A DNA stretch of 63,798 nt, the filler included, from Reticulomyxa filosa (Eukaryota; Protista; Foraminifera), in NCBI GenBank assembly GCA_000512085.1. It is 27 parts of 27 records of this genome, joined end to end, with 100 filler letters (N's around TTAATTAATTAA, not from the genome) between each part and the next. Parts side by side here need not be neighbours in the genome. Positions count along the whole stretch, not along the records: positions 1 to 2,050 come from ASPP01021160.1; positions 2,151 to 4,076 come from ASPP01046239.1; positions 4,177 to 5,932 come from ASPP01034664.1; positions 6,033 to 7,050 come from ASPP01019192.1; positions 7,151 to 10,099 come from ASPP01006924.1; positions 10,200 to 11,199 come from ASPP01042176.1; positions 11,300 to 12,451 come from ASPP01049275.1; positions 12,552 to 15,090 come from ASPP01018615.1; 19 more parts are not named here. One strand, written 5' to 3'. Position 1 is the first letter of the stretch; the number at the start of each line of letters is the position of its first letter. The notes below the pieces were generated by a model. The model had not been told where the DNA came from and did no database searches. It saw only the letters and a list, made by a program, of their open reading frames with translations. Made by a program: the position numbers and the translations under genes. Positions 1 through 12,617 of this stretch are shown in pieces.

Positions 1-271
1 AAAAAAATATGTATATTCTCTACCAACTTACTTCTTTGTTGTTTATCATTTACTCATTCTTATCGAAAAGTCGCCATTATTTAATTCGTGAAAGACCTTC
101 AAATGATCTTTTAAGCACAAAATGTATTACTATCACTTCAAGACAATTCGACAAAATTATTCAAATTAATTAGTTTATCGAAAGTGTATGATGAATAAAA
201 GTATAGCTACGATTTTTTACAAATTTTTAAAATAAAACTAAATTTCTTTTCAAAAAAATCAAATTATCACA

Positions 272-2050
272 TCATTGAATGCAAACAGAATCACATTGAA
301 CCAAAGTAACCACATCCAAGCCACGAGAGTTGCGGTCAAACTCCACGAAGATAAACACAAATTCGGCCAAATATTTTATCTTTATTTGATATCCGCCATT
401 ATGTGCGTGTAAACGGCCCAAACGAGCAATACCGGCTGAATAAAATGTTTGGTCAAAGCACATGGCATGATAACCACTTGAACACTTCGCAATGATCTCT
501 ATCACTTATCGTTCTTCTGCTTCTTGCTGCACAAATACACTATACATACACATTTTATTTGTTCACCAAGGGGACAAAAGTTATGTTCCAGCTAGGTTTT
601 CTTTTCTTAAAAAAAAAAAAAACTTGAGTGGTCATTATAATTGCTTACATGATTTATCAAATTCGACGTTTGGAAGAGCGGATGATTGATCTTTGAAGTC
701 ATAACAACTGCTCTTATGTACAAAAATACCAATGACACTGCAGCCAATTGTGAGTTGTTGCAGTTTTTCTCGAGGCAAATGGATGTTAATGTCCAACCGC
801 AATGTGTTGATTTTGTATAGCAGCGTTCGTTAGATGCAGACTAACACCAAAGCTCAAATGTATTAACTATAAATGCAATCCATAATGATGATATTGATGA
901 CTATACGTATTGCATTTCATATATCAGTTTCAGCCAATCAAAAACAAAGCATACATTTATTGTTTACTTGTCGTGACAAGGGTCCTTTTCGAATACACAA
1001 TTTGCAACCATTTTTTTTTGTTTACAACAGACACATCCAAAAAAATTTAACTTTAGTCATACGTACTTAATAAAAAAAAAAATTGTTAACAACAAAACTT
1101 GCTGCCTCGAGACTTATGTACGATAGCTTCCGACCATTAGATTCAAAGATTTTTTTTTTGGTATTTCCAACAGTGCGCAATGGAATATACGTAACATGGT
1201 CCGCTTTTTCGAAATCAAAACTCCATATTTTGTTAGTAAGCAGTAATAAAAAAAAATTGTCCTTTTTTTTTACAAAAAAAAAAATGTAAATATTTTTCGC
1301 AATCGAATATCAACGTATAGCCAAGAAATAGCAATGCAAGTACTAATAATACCAACAGATACACCAAAAACAAGGATATGCTCGGATCGGCGTCAGACGT
1401 AGACAAATACTTGACCAATGCAAAAATTAAGGAATTCAGCAAGGCAGTAGCAGCGTATGGCAAGGTCATGTTCAATTTGGTCAAACCTCTAGACCTACCC
1501 ATAAATCACTATATCACAGTCAATGCACAAGTTTTTTGATCATGATGCAATGCTGTTGTCCTTACATAACCCACATCGTACAAGTCACTTTTGATATACA
1601 GATCACTAACTCAGACTGTATCCTTCCAATTCGCTGGAGGGTGGAGAATCTCTTTCAAATCTTTGATAACCAAATCCTAATACACTGACAGAAACATACG
1701 TACCTTTTTCTAAGTCCATTCAAAGCAATCTAATCAAAAAATTATCAACATTTATAATTACATTACACGTATAAATAAAAGTTTTTGTAAAACTTTTTTC
1801 ATTTCAAAAATTCTTGCTACGCCCAACCAGGTTGCTGCACACAGCCAAGACAACAAATTTTTTCTAACGAACCCAAATTACGTAGCAAAGTCCAATTACA
1901 AACAGTAACCCGATCAACAGCAACGTGAAACCATATGTTCTATCTATTGTCAATTATGTTTTTTTATTATCATCCAGCAGGCAGAAAAAAAGTAAATGGT
2001 ATTTTCGCGTACCTCCAACAATGTACAGCAGGTTGCAAAGAAAACTGAAC
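272..2050 (-). pseudogene. Disrupted multi-exon membrane-protein gene, family unknown
   Basis: Hydrophobic segments (YGFTLLLIGLLFVIGLCYVIW; SISLFLVYLLVLLVLALLFLGYTLIF) separated by intron-like poly(A/T) blocks. In-frame stops in DLVIKDLKEILHPPANWKDTV*VSD...LTVI**FMGRSR. Confidence 0.45.
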
Positions 2051-2150
2051 NNNNNNNNNNNNNNNNNNNNNNNNNNNNNNNNNNNNNNNNNNNNTTAATT
2101 AATTAANNNNNNNNNNNNNNNNNNNNNNNNNNNNNNNNNNNNNNNNNNNN
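2051..2150. other. Artificial contig-joining spacer (first of 26)
   Basis: N44-TTAATTAATTAA-N44, always 100 bp, with stops in all six frames. Other copies start at 4077, 5933, 7051, 10100, 11200, 12452, 15091, 18217, 19663, 31944, 33079, 34482, 37768, 39685, 43574, 45122, 46887, 48039, 49156, 54103, 56053, 57849, 59231, 61208 and 62699. Confidence 0.98.
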
Positions 2151-2237
2151 GTATATTTGCATATGAAAACACAAAATTTGATGTATCTCGATATATAAAA
2201 TCACTTTAAAATGAATTAAATTAATTTTAAAAAATAA

Positions 2238-4076
2238 TTATAATACTTTTAATTTAAGAAGAATTTTATGTTTAGTGTATATTATTTGTATGCGCCTTTT
2301 TTTTAATGGCACCATATCCAATATATTTGGTGTTTCCCTGCATCTTTTTTTACAAATATTGTCAATTTTAGATATTGTTGTCAATTTGGATATCTTAGAT
2401 AATATGCCCGTAGTGAGTTTACGAAGAATGTCATTTTCCTCTTCTAATTTTTTAATTATATTACAGTTATCGATGTTAGATATATACCATTGATCCAGAT
2501 TTTGCGTATTGGATGTATTACCAATGCAATTTCCATTTGTAACATCACTTAAATGTTCTTTTTGTTCAGAAGTTTCCTGTGTTGAATTAATTGAATTTTC
2601 TTTTTGCTCAGAAGCTTTACATATTGCATTGATTAAATTCATTTGTTCTGGTTGTTTTTCGGAGGCTCCATGCGTCGAAACTTCTTTTTGTTTTTGTTGT
2701 TCAGAAGCTTCATTTATTACATTGATTGAATTCGCTTTTCGTCTTATTCGTCGTTTTCTAAAAGTTTTACACATTGAATTCACTTTTTGTTGTCCAGAAG
2801 AATCAGCCGTTGGATAATTAGACTATCTTGTCCAGGTTTTAAAAACTTTGGATCAATTGCACCACATTTAATAAAATTTTCCATTTCTTTTTTAAGATCA
2901 ATAATCAAATTGACATGATCTTTGCTATAGTTTTTCATTACTGAGTAGTCTTGCGCTTGGCTTTTACTAATTTGCTTTGAAAGGTTAAAACAGGTGCGGA
3001 AATTTACACAGCTTTTTCCTCGGCATATACAATATGTAGGTACAAAAAGGGACTTTGAGCAAGAAAGCTCAACTGCAATTCTCATCCATCCACCAACAGT
3101 AAATTTATCGTTTCATTTTCATTGGATTGAACGTACAAAGTTAAAAATTGATTAATTTTAGTGAAATATCTTTGTTTGCAATTTATTCTTTGATTATTTT
3201 ATTATTCGAATTTCTGAATATGCTTTGTAACAATCTGCAATAGTTTAAATTTCTTTTGCATCAATCCATTCGCAAATTATATCATTAATTTAGGTTTCCA
3301 CGTTCGAATATGTCCATAAAATAAATGACTTAATTTTGACTTTTTAATCATAGTATATCCTTTAATGTTGCTTGCATTTCAGTTTATATATCATGTTTTG
3401 GGATAAATAACTTGTCTTTGATTGTTTATACCACTGCAGTTTATAATTTAGTTGGATTATCACATAAAATAGTAAATCTTCCAATATCAAATGCTCACCA
3501 TCATAATCTGTTTTGAATCTTTTCCAATAGTCTTTCATTTTTCCTTTTAAACTGGCCAAATTTTTAATTGCAAATATTCAATACTCTTACTTCAACTTTA
3601 ATTGTGTAGGAGAATTAATAATTAGTGGCATTAATTTGTTTTCTTACGATCAGGACAATTAAAAGATGTCTTTTCAGTATTACCCAAGCCGATATTCACA
3701 CATACGAATAATTTGGCTTTTGATGCCAAAGAGTTTTGATTGCTACGATCCTTGCAAATTAATTCATGGTTTTCTGTAACCTTTTGTACATTCTTGTTGT
3801 TCCCATTAGTTCCTAGTTGTATTTCTTGTTCTTTTTTTCTGTTCATTAAATAAAGTAGAATGTATGTTTATTATTAACTGTTTGTTTCCAATTTAAGATA
3901 TCAAAATAAATAATATCTTTTTTTTTTCAATTGATTGTTGGACAATATCTGTGATCAATAATTCAATATTTCCATAATTGTGTTCTATTTTTGTTAATCT
4001 CCAAATAACATAACCAATGTTATATATTTTCATTTTGCATCCATCCATTGCATTTCATATTACCTATTAATACACA
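2238..4076 (-). pseudogene. Decayed gene containing a RelA/SpoT-like nucleotidyltransferase domain (core ~3290-3560), followed by ORFs 2780-3085 and 2238-2783 with ASEQK-type repeats
   Basis: Stitched across frames: LASLKGK/NERLLEK/FKTDYDGE/FDIGRFTILCDNPTKL*TAV...KLFIPKHDI*TEMQATLK/KLSHLFYGHIRTWKP. This follows the K..R..EK, DxxRxTI, ExQ, H..Y..R motif order. Multiple stops and frameshifts. Confidence 0.55.
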
Positions 4077-4176
4077 NNNNNNNNNNNNNNNNNNNNNNNN
4101 NNNNNNNNNNNNNNNNNNNNTTAATTAATTAANNNNNNNNNNNNNNNNNNNNNNNNNNNNNNNNNNNNNNNNNNNN

Positions 4177-5932
4177 ATCAAATGGATTGAATAATAAATT
4201 AAATGATGACAGGTTATATTAAATATATTTGAAATGGAAATGGGTTATTAATCTGAAATTGCATGGGAAGGATTAAAATGTGGACAACCAATCATCTCTT
4301 GTGAAATTCAACAAGTATTAAATATGATAAAATATAAATATTCAGGTAAAGGTATATCAATGATATCTCAATGGCCTCGAATCAATTCATTTGGATTTGT
4401 TCAAGGACAAGAGTCAAAAGACGAATAACAACCAAATGATTCAATGTATTTCCCTCATTTGGCATTTCAATAATGTCTTGCTGCTTGACAAAGAAAGATA
4501 TCCATGAAAAAAGTGCATTTTCAATTGCAAAAATCGAATAAAAGACAGTCGAATAAAGTGTTTGAATGTTTGATGAATGCCTTTGAGAGTGGAAAAATTA
4601 CAATTTGTGATAAATGTGCACACACTTGCAACGATTTCACTACAATTGGGAGGAAAACAGTTAAATAATGCATTCCAATTTTTAATTTATGGAGGGTTTC
4701 CTTCATATTTTTGTCATTATAATACTCAATGTATAATGCAGTGAAATTGTCTGGGGAATGCTTTTAATTATTTCATTAGATTAAATTGTGAAGGGGATAA
4801 TGAATTTTATCTACTTTATAGAATTGCACAGAGATTGGATCAAACACAAATGAATATTGCATTGAATTATTTTATGGATAGATTAAATGATCAAAATGAA
4901 CATTAAAATATTCGTTTCGAATGCATTCGATTACTTACAATAATTTCAAATAAATGTAATAAACAACAATTAAATAAAGTTTTTAACTCTTCAATGGGAT
5001 ATATTTAATGATAGAAATGATAATACAGATGTGCATATGGAATTTGCAAAATTACTTGGGATAATTGCAGTGAATCTAAATGAAAAACATTTTGCTGATG
5101 CTTTTGAATGTTTGAATGATAGACAATTGGATAGAGTTTTCATTGCTTTCATTGATGGGTTAAAAGATACAAATAAATAGGATCATGAATCATGTACAAA
5201 ATTCCTTGAAGTAATTTTAAAAAAATTGAACGGGAAACAACTGAAAATAGTTGTCAACGTTTTGATGAGTGGATTAAAATATGGAAATAGCTGTGTTCGT
5301 ATATTATGTGCAAAATCACTTGGAATAATCTCAGAGAAATTGGATAAGAAATAACTGGAAGATGCAATTAATACTTTGATCGATGAATTAAAAAATGAAG
5401 AGGATTATGGTTGTAAATCATGTGCAGAGTCACTTGGAGTAATTTCAACGGATTTGACTGATACACAACTGGGAGGAGTTTTCAATGCTCTGTCATATAA
5501 GCAGAAATTTAATTACTTTAATTCATATGAAAAGGGGGGTGAAAGAATTACAAGTTCAATTAACAGTTTATTAGGATTATATCACAGTTGAAGAATTTAA
5601 ACATAAATGTCCAGATTTGATGGATGATTGAAGTTGCAATGTGGTGAATCGATTGATGAATCTGAAATCAAATTCGTGTTGTGAAATGAGTTTGATGGTT
5701 GATCATGAAGATCATTGTATTTACTTGGATTGGGGTAGATAATCGATGGATAAAAACAATTGCTTTTAATAAATCTCATTCAGTCAATGAGCATGGATTA
5801 ATTCAATCCTATTTAGTTGCTCATTTCAAATCAAATGGTCCAGACCTTGATGAAAGCAAAGAATGGTTAAAACGACATAATAGTATGATTTATGAATGGT
5901 TTAGAGACCAAGAGTACAAGAGTTTTGTATTT
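4177..5932 (+). pseudogene. NACHT/STAND C-terminal region plus HEAT-like repeats, pseudogene fragment
   Basis: EIAWEGLK, INSFGFVQG, YFPHLAFQ*CLAA (the NACHT winged-helix FxHxxFQEyxAA motif), then repeated CAKSLGIIS..L..KQL..AF..L..GL units. Many stops and frameshifts. Confidence 0.7.
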
Positions 5933-6032
5933 NNNNNNNNNNNNNNNNNNNNNNNNNNNNNNNNNNNNNNNNNNNNTTAATTAATTAANNNNNNNNNNNN
6001 NNNNNNNNNNNNNNNNNNNNNNNNNNNNNNNN

Positions 6033-7050
6033 ATAAAATTCTTTCATTGCATTCGCTAATAAACGTTGTGTACAATAAACTGGAATAATTGTATTACTTT
6101 CTTTTCCACAGCCGCAACAATATCTAAAAGTTTGTAAATCATTTGGTGATTGTATATATCCGCAACTCCAATTGTCTTTTTGTGTAAATGAGATGGCAGG
6201 CGATTTGATTAAGCTACACCAATCATAATGTCCAATCGATTGCAAGATATCATCATCTTTGTCTAAACTAAATACGTTTTTAATTTTAAGTAATTCATTG
6301 TTGCATGCAAGTATTTCATTTTCTTTCTTTTTTAATTTTTTATCTAATTTTGTATATTTATTATATTGCCTTCAATAGTATGTCGAAGATTGTGCAATAC
6401 TTCTTTCGTAAAATCATCTACGTTTATATATAATCTTTTTGCATACTGTGTGTATAAAAACTGTTACACAAATATTTGTTTGTTTACTAATACATGTTTA
6501 ATTGTTTTTGTTTTCTCCAATCATTAATTTCTGCATCGGAATCCAAATTATTTTGAATTTATTGTTTTTATTTCTAAATTCTTTTATTATAGACTAATCC
6601 GAATCAATAATATTATTTTGCATATTAACTAATTCAAACTTTAAATTTTCATTTCTAATCTTTTCCAAATCTTTCTATTCCAAATAAGAATAATTCTGAT
6701 GAATAAGTTCTTCAAATGTCAATTGCACATACTTGAAACTCTTTTTCTTTGATTTCTTGATTGTATCTTTTGTATTTCTTTGAATATACGTTCAATTTAA
6801 TTAAATCATTGTCATCATCATAAAAAATGCACTGTATAGGAGATCAAATTGATCATACGACTTTAAAATTACTTTTTTCTAATTATGATAATTAGAATTT
6901 AAGTATTTCAAAAATTATATTATTGAATGTTCAAATTTTATTTTCTGCAAATAATAAAATAAAGTTAATTTTAAGGATTCAGCAATAATAGAATACATGG
7001 ATCCTGAATTTTATTTTATCATAGTGATTCTAATATACAAATTGTTATAC
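6033..7050 (-). pseudogene. Decayed AT-rich coding sequence, unknown family
   Basis: Open stretch 6033-6365 (NKYTKLDKKL...LQSIGHYDWCSLIKSPAISFTQKDNWSCGYIQ...RYCCGCGK). Upstream K/E/N-rich frames are broken by stops. Confidence 0.35.
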
Positions 7051-7172
7051 NNNNNNNNNNNNNNNNNNNNNNNNNNNNNNNNNNNNNNNNNNNNTTAATT
7101 AATTAANNNNNNNNNNNNNNNNNNNNNNNNNNNNNNNNNNNNNNNNNNNNACAACAACAACAACTAACAACA

Positions 7173-8723
7173 ATGGGTCATGGCACCAATCGTCGACGAG
7201 GCAGTATCAGTGAATTGGCATTCGAACGCATGTCGTTGCAATCCAACTCTCCAGTTGTCGAAGAGGATAGGACGCCACCGCAACGTATTCCGTCGCCACC
7301 TCCGCCTGACCCTGAGAACGAACAGGACATGACAACCAGCGAGCTTCTGCAAAGCAAACACGAAAACCCCTCTGCGAACTTGTCGATGATTCGACGAGCG
7401 AGTCTCAACCATCAGAGAAGAATGAGTCTCAAGTTCAACGAAATGCTCCAAAATATGGAAAAGGAAATCCAAATCAACGACAAACTGCAAAAGACCGAGA
7501 TTGAGACTGAGACCCCATATAAGAGTGAAGAAGACAGTCATGACCCTGTTGATATGTCATCCGTGCCGCCAAACGGACATCCTGTCGTCCCAACGCGGCA
7601 TAGTTCCGAGAAGAGCAAAGACAGACCACAACTACACGACATTGTCGACATACAAGAACGAGACGAAAAACAGAGGTCAGTGTCGTCGCCATCGGACCCT
7701 GACAATTTGCGCAAGACAGCTTACATTAAGCCCGTCATCGAAGCTGAGCCCGTTCCTTCGTCTCTTGAGCCGCCTTCCGCTACTGTCTTGCTTCCCCTTG
7801 TTGAACAAAGAGTTCCATCTCAATGGCCTGTGCAAAGTTTACATATATAAAATATTTATATATGTATACATATATACATATACATATACATATATATAAA
7901 TGTATGTATGTACACATAAAAAATTAACAACATAGAAAAGAAAACATGGTTTGAAGAACAAAAAGAATATTGGGTAAAGTCGATAATGGAATCGGCATTA
8001 CGCTATGATGTAGTGCTACCAGAGGCCATAGCCAAAATGATCGTAATGGACAGTATAATTCTGCCGGGCTGCTATTCGTTCTCTGGTGTGCTGTTCCCAC
8101 CACAGCGCACAGAGACGGACTTGTTTGTGGATTATTGCCAAATCGACAATGGGTACAAAGAGGTGAGCAATAAAGTGACCAATGGGATCTACTTCAAACG
8201 CAAAAAGCCAAAGCCACAAGCGCGAAGACCGGAGAATAACACGTCGTCGTTGTGGCTGGATGAGGATGGAAGTGTGTGCGGATTTCGCTGTGTGTGGGTA
8301 CAGGCTCCACGACGACAAATGATTTTGGATCAAAAGTACGCCGTCTCCACGGGCTGCTGGTCTTTGACAGGTGAAATATCCGTGTCGTTTGAACAATATT
8401 TCGCCGAAGACGTATTCACTGGATATTTGCAATATGAAAATTTCAGCGGACAATGGAATGCCGGAAATGAATATTATGGCAAATTTCAATATTTTGTGAC
8501 TAATGTAATGAGCCATTATTTGCATCATCACATCGAGCCCTCGGATGAGTCGTCTTTGCACAACAATAACGAAGATCCGGATTGTCAATCCAATGAAGTG
8601 ACACCATCACCGTGCGATCCATCCATTGATGATGATGGCTATCCTGTGCATCTGCATACCAATATCAGCAATCATTTCAGTAATGCTAGTATTAACAACG
8701 GCAATACAGGTCACGTCGCAAAC

Positions 8724-8755
<32 letters not shown>

Positions 8756-10028
8756 TAACAATAATAATAGTAACAACTCTGTCACTGCACCCAATCAACA
8801 ACTCTTACACTATTACAACAGCAACGACACCGTTGGAAGTGCGAATCCTGTTTCTGTGAGGAAGCACGTACTGAACAACAAACTGACCGAAGTGGAAGTC
8901 AATGAGCATCTCGTCATTGTCATTCACTTTAATGTGAACAACGAACTCAGTGTTCATGTTCGAGATGTCGACCGCATGTTCCATGGAGAAACCGAAGACA
9001 TTGGTCGAGGGATCTGGACGAGCGATGGTCTTATTTTCTTTGACCATGTCTCGTACGTTGCTCAAAAAACTATTTTGGAATTTCATGGTTGTACCGACGG
9101 TGAAAAAGTTGTCGGTTAGGAAAGAGAGAGAGAGAGAGAGAAGAAAATGGTTTTATTTATGTTGCTCTTGTCTAAAAAAAAAAAAAAAAACAATGAGTTG
9201 GAACAATAACCAACACTACTATAACAATAACAATAACAATTGCCAATGACAAGGTCGGCTGTGCATGTATTACGATGAATCTCTTGGAAATGGAAGCCAA
9301 GCTTCCGACGACGGAGATAGTTTGAACAGTCGGAGCCCCTCTCCCGTATCCTCCCCTCACAACAAAGGAAAAAGAACCAACAAGGCCAACGACACTGCTG
9401 GCAAACCACTCGGTGGTGACGATTTGGAAATTGACGACGACGGCAACGACTTTGGCAAGCAATTGGCCGAATTGAAGTTGCGAAGTGGTCAAAGCAACGA
9501 AAAGTTGGCAAAAAATACATCCGCCAATGTTGCTAGCACGACCTCATTGGCTGACTCGGCAAACAAAAATGACAGTCGCAGTGAATATACCAATGGAGAT
9601 AATGACGTGCGTGCGACCAAAAAAGAAACTCGTTCATCGACGAAACAAGTGACTACCAATGACGACAACGACGGTGATGAAGGAGAAGAAGACGAAGAAG
9701 AGAATTACAACGAGGAAGAAGATCATGAACATGAAGATGAGGACGGAGACGAGTTTGCGCGAAAAAAAGAGCGGAAAAAAATTAAAAAAAGTGAAAAACG
9801 ACGAAAAGGGAAAAAGGATGCCAATGACGATGATGATGACAATGACACTGTGATATTTGGGGAAAAAAACAGTGGCAAAATCAAAATGGAGGAAGATCTA
9901 TCGTACGAACAAGAATATAATCCCAAAGACAAAAAGCACAAAGATAAAATAACCAAACTGGATGAGGAAGGAAATGATTCTTCAAGTGAAAATGCTTCAA
10001 TCAATTCCATGAATGAAGACAGAGAAAA
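7173..10028 (+). CDS. Hypothetical low-complexity protein, partial; exons approx 7173-7830, 7936-9112, 9253-10028
   Basis: Three long GC-richer ORFs (225, 377, 269 aa) separated by (AT)n/poly(A) introns. Contains poly-N and D/E/K-rich tracts. Confidence 0.7.
8721..8773 (+). repeat. (AAT/AAC)n microsatellite encoding poly-Asn
   Basis: aacaataataataat... lies in frame within ORF 7986-9119. Confidence 0.9.
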
Positions 10029-11653
10029 AGTCAGTTTTATACAGCTGCTTGTTCACACTATTGTTCAAGAGTAAAATTTTTTTTTTTTTTTTTTTTTTTN
10101 NNNNNNNNNNNNNNNNNNNNNNNNNNNNNNNNNNNNNNNNNNNTTAATTAATTAANNNNNNNNNNNNNNNNNNNNNNNNNNNNNNNNNNNNNNNNNNNNT
10201 TGACTTTCCATTAATCGATACTTCCTTTTTTTTTTTTTTTTTTGTTGTTTTTATTTATCGCTTTGGCACGCCTTTGGTCTTTGATTTTTTATTGTTATAC
10301 CCTCCACGCTGTCTTAGTTCCTCCACTACTGCTTGCACATTTTGCTTCGATGCAACTTCGTACGGATCTTCCTGTTTTCAGTGTTCAGTTTCCCACGTCA
10401 TTTTTTTTTCGTGTGGTTATATTGATATTTAAACTATATATGGGGCAGCTGGGATTTTCCTTGAGTTGGACACTTTCTCCTCGTCACTTTTTTTTTCGGT
10501 CATGGCTGAAAATGATAATTTTTTCAACTTTGTGTGCAGACCCTGTTTGGTGTCGCACGTCTTTATACATAATATTACTATTTTTTTGTTTGTGTGTATT
10601 GTTTGACTAGCTTTTTTTAATATAAAAACAAGCCTGATCAATCGTCTTTGCTTTTTGTCTAGTATCAAAATTTTTCTGGCATATTTGTGCATATTACCTT
10701 TTTCATTTCTGTGGAATGTATTTCCTGCAAAGGAAATAGCGTCTTAAGACCAGGGAGTTACAAAAAGTTCGGAAAAATCCTTTACGGTACGGTTTTTCTA
10801 AGGAGTATTCTTTCACTTTTCGCTAGCAGAAGGCGTGCCCAAAAAAAGATATTTCCATGTTGATGTGCAACAAGGACGGCTTTTTCTCTCAAAACGAATG
10901 TGGAATCAAGTCACTCACACCAACCAGTTCTAGTGATTCTGACGACGATTTGGGCAAGTGTCCCTTACTGTTCACAGCATCAGAACCATCTTCTACTGAT
11001 GCAAAAGAACATAGACCAATATCATTGAATTTTATTTCCACCCTAACGCTGAGTAGTCTCAAAACTTCGCATTCTGATGAGCCACTTATCACGGTGGATG
11101 CTGGTGCGACTTTTTAGACCTGACAAAACTTTTTTTATTAAAAAAAAAAAAAAAACTGGTCATTTTTTTTTTTTGTGTGCTTTTTGTAATGCAGGAGGAN
11201 NNNNNNNNNNNNNNNNNNNNNNNNNNNNNNNNNNNNNNNNNNNTTAATTAATTAANNNNNNNNNNNNNNNNNNNNNNNNNNNNNNNNNNNNNNNNNNNNA
11301 AAAAAAAAAACATTACGCATTCGTATTCTCCTTCCCTCTGTTTTGCTAAAAAAAAACTCATAATTGTTACTTTTTTGCTATATTTTCTTTCTCAGGATTG
11401 GTTGATTTTTCGGAAATGAATCTAACTGGTATGTCTTATACATTTGAGGAAAAAAAAAAAAAGAATTTGAACTTTTTTCTTTTCAAAGAACTTTCTTAAA
11501 CTGTAAACACAACATTCAATATAAACAATAAAAGGTTTTGCGAAGGATGATGCTGCAATCCGAACCCAAGTATTTTCTTATTTTCCGAATTACAATTGAT
11601 GATTGACATTTTGTTTTGTTTGTCGCGGTATAATTATATAATTACATTTTTAG

Positions 11654-12310
11654 GTGATAATGAGCAAAGATGGCCGCTATAGTGTAACCATGAACATAAC
11701 AAAAGAAAATTGTGTACGTGATGCAGGTGTGATAGATTGGAGCGTGGGTGGAGTTATTTATTACAAGTTGCCAGTATTCTTCGAAGGCAATGCCAATGCA
11801 ATGGCATTATTGACAAACAATTGTGACATGACGAATATGAATGAGAGACTGCGCGATGATGTCAATGTCGTGTGGACAAATAAAAGGACAAATGGATTTG
11901 TATTTGTAGGTAGGATGAATGCCCGTGGAGGAATGCAAACAAACAAGACAAGTAATGAAAGCAACGATAGCCAGCAAAGTAATGTCAACAGCCAGTATGC
12001 AAAAGAAATTGAATTATTGAAGGCTTTTTCCAGTGACGTTACAAACGAACGTGAATTGCATAGTAAATTGGTAGAATTCAATGGCAACATCTTGTCAGTA
12101 ATAACATATCTTGTTTCAAAACGTCGTTTGAATCAAGTTAAACCAAATAACAAATTTAAATATTATTTTTTGCCCTTCTTTTTAAAAAAAGAAAAAACAA
12201 ACAATGAATGTGATGGATTTGATATTCTCGTCGTAACACACATAATAAAAAAAAACAAGGAAAATAACGAAGCGAAAGAAGGCATAAAAGAGCAAAATAA
12301 ATTGGAACAG
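11654..12310 (+). CDS. Hypothetical multi-exon protein with a UBA-like segment, partial
   Basis: ORF 11654-12415 interrupted by intron-like stretches. YAKEIELLKAF...ELHSKLVEFNGNILSVITYLV resembles a three-helix UBA unit. Confidence 0.4.
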
Positions 12311-12617
12311 GTTTCTTGCACACACAAACAAACCAAAATCCTGTTTGATTTGTGTTCTAATTGTATTGTATTGTATTGTAAAAAAAAAGGTAAAGGAAGG
12401 CGTAAACATGAATAAAATCGAAAGAGAAGAAGTATTGCAAAAAGCAGATACNNNNNNNNNNNNNNNNNNNNNNNNNNNNNNNNNNNNNNNNNNNNTTAAT
12501 TAATTAANNNNNNNNNNNNNNNNNNNNNNNNNNNNNNNNNNNNNNNNNNNNATGTGTATATATATGTATATATATTTATAATAGTATACTTAATAATGTG
12601 TATATTGTCGTAATGGA

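Noticed and set aside
2238-3085. Endogenous virus or Polinton suggested by abutting intronless AT-rich ORFs
   Set aside because: No capsid, packaging ATPase, polB or integrase motifs are visible; they are better explained as broken pieces of one pseudogene.
272-7050. Stop-codon reassignment or programmed editing to explain the many in-frame stops
   Set aside because: Intact genes end in TGA (20688), TAA (29957) and TAG (16656), and the disrupted regions also have frameshifts and deletions. Pseudogenisation plus homopolymer errors is sufficient.
10200-11199. Short ORFs on this contig
   Set aside because: Partly coding-like on the minus strand, but no continuous frame or recognisable motif; left unannotated.
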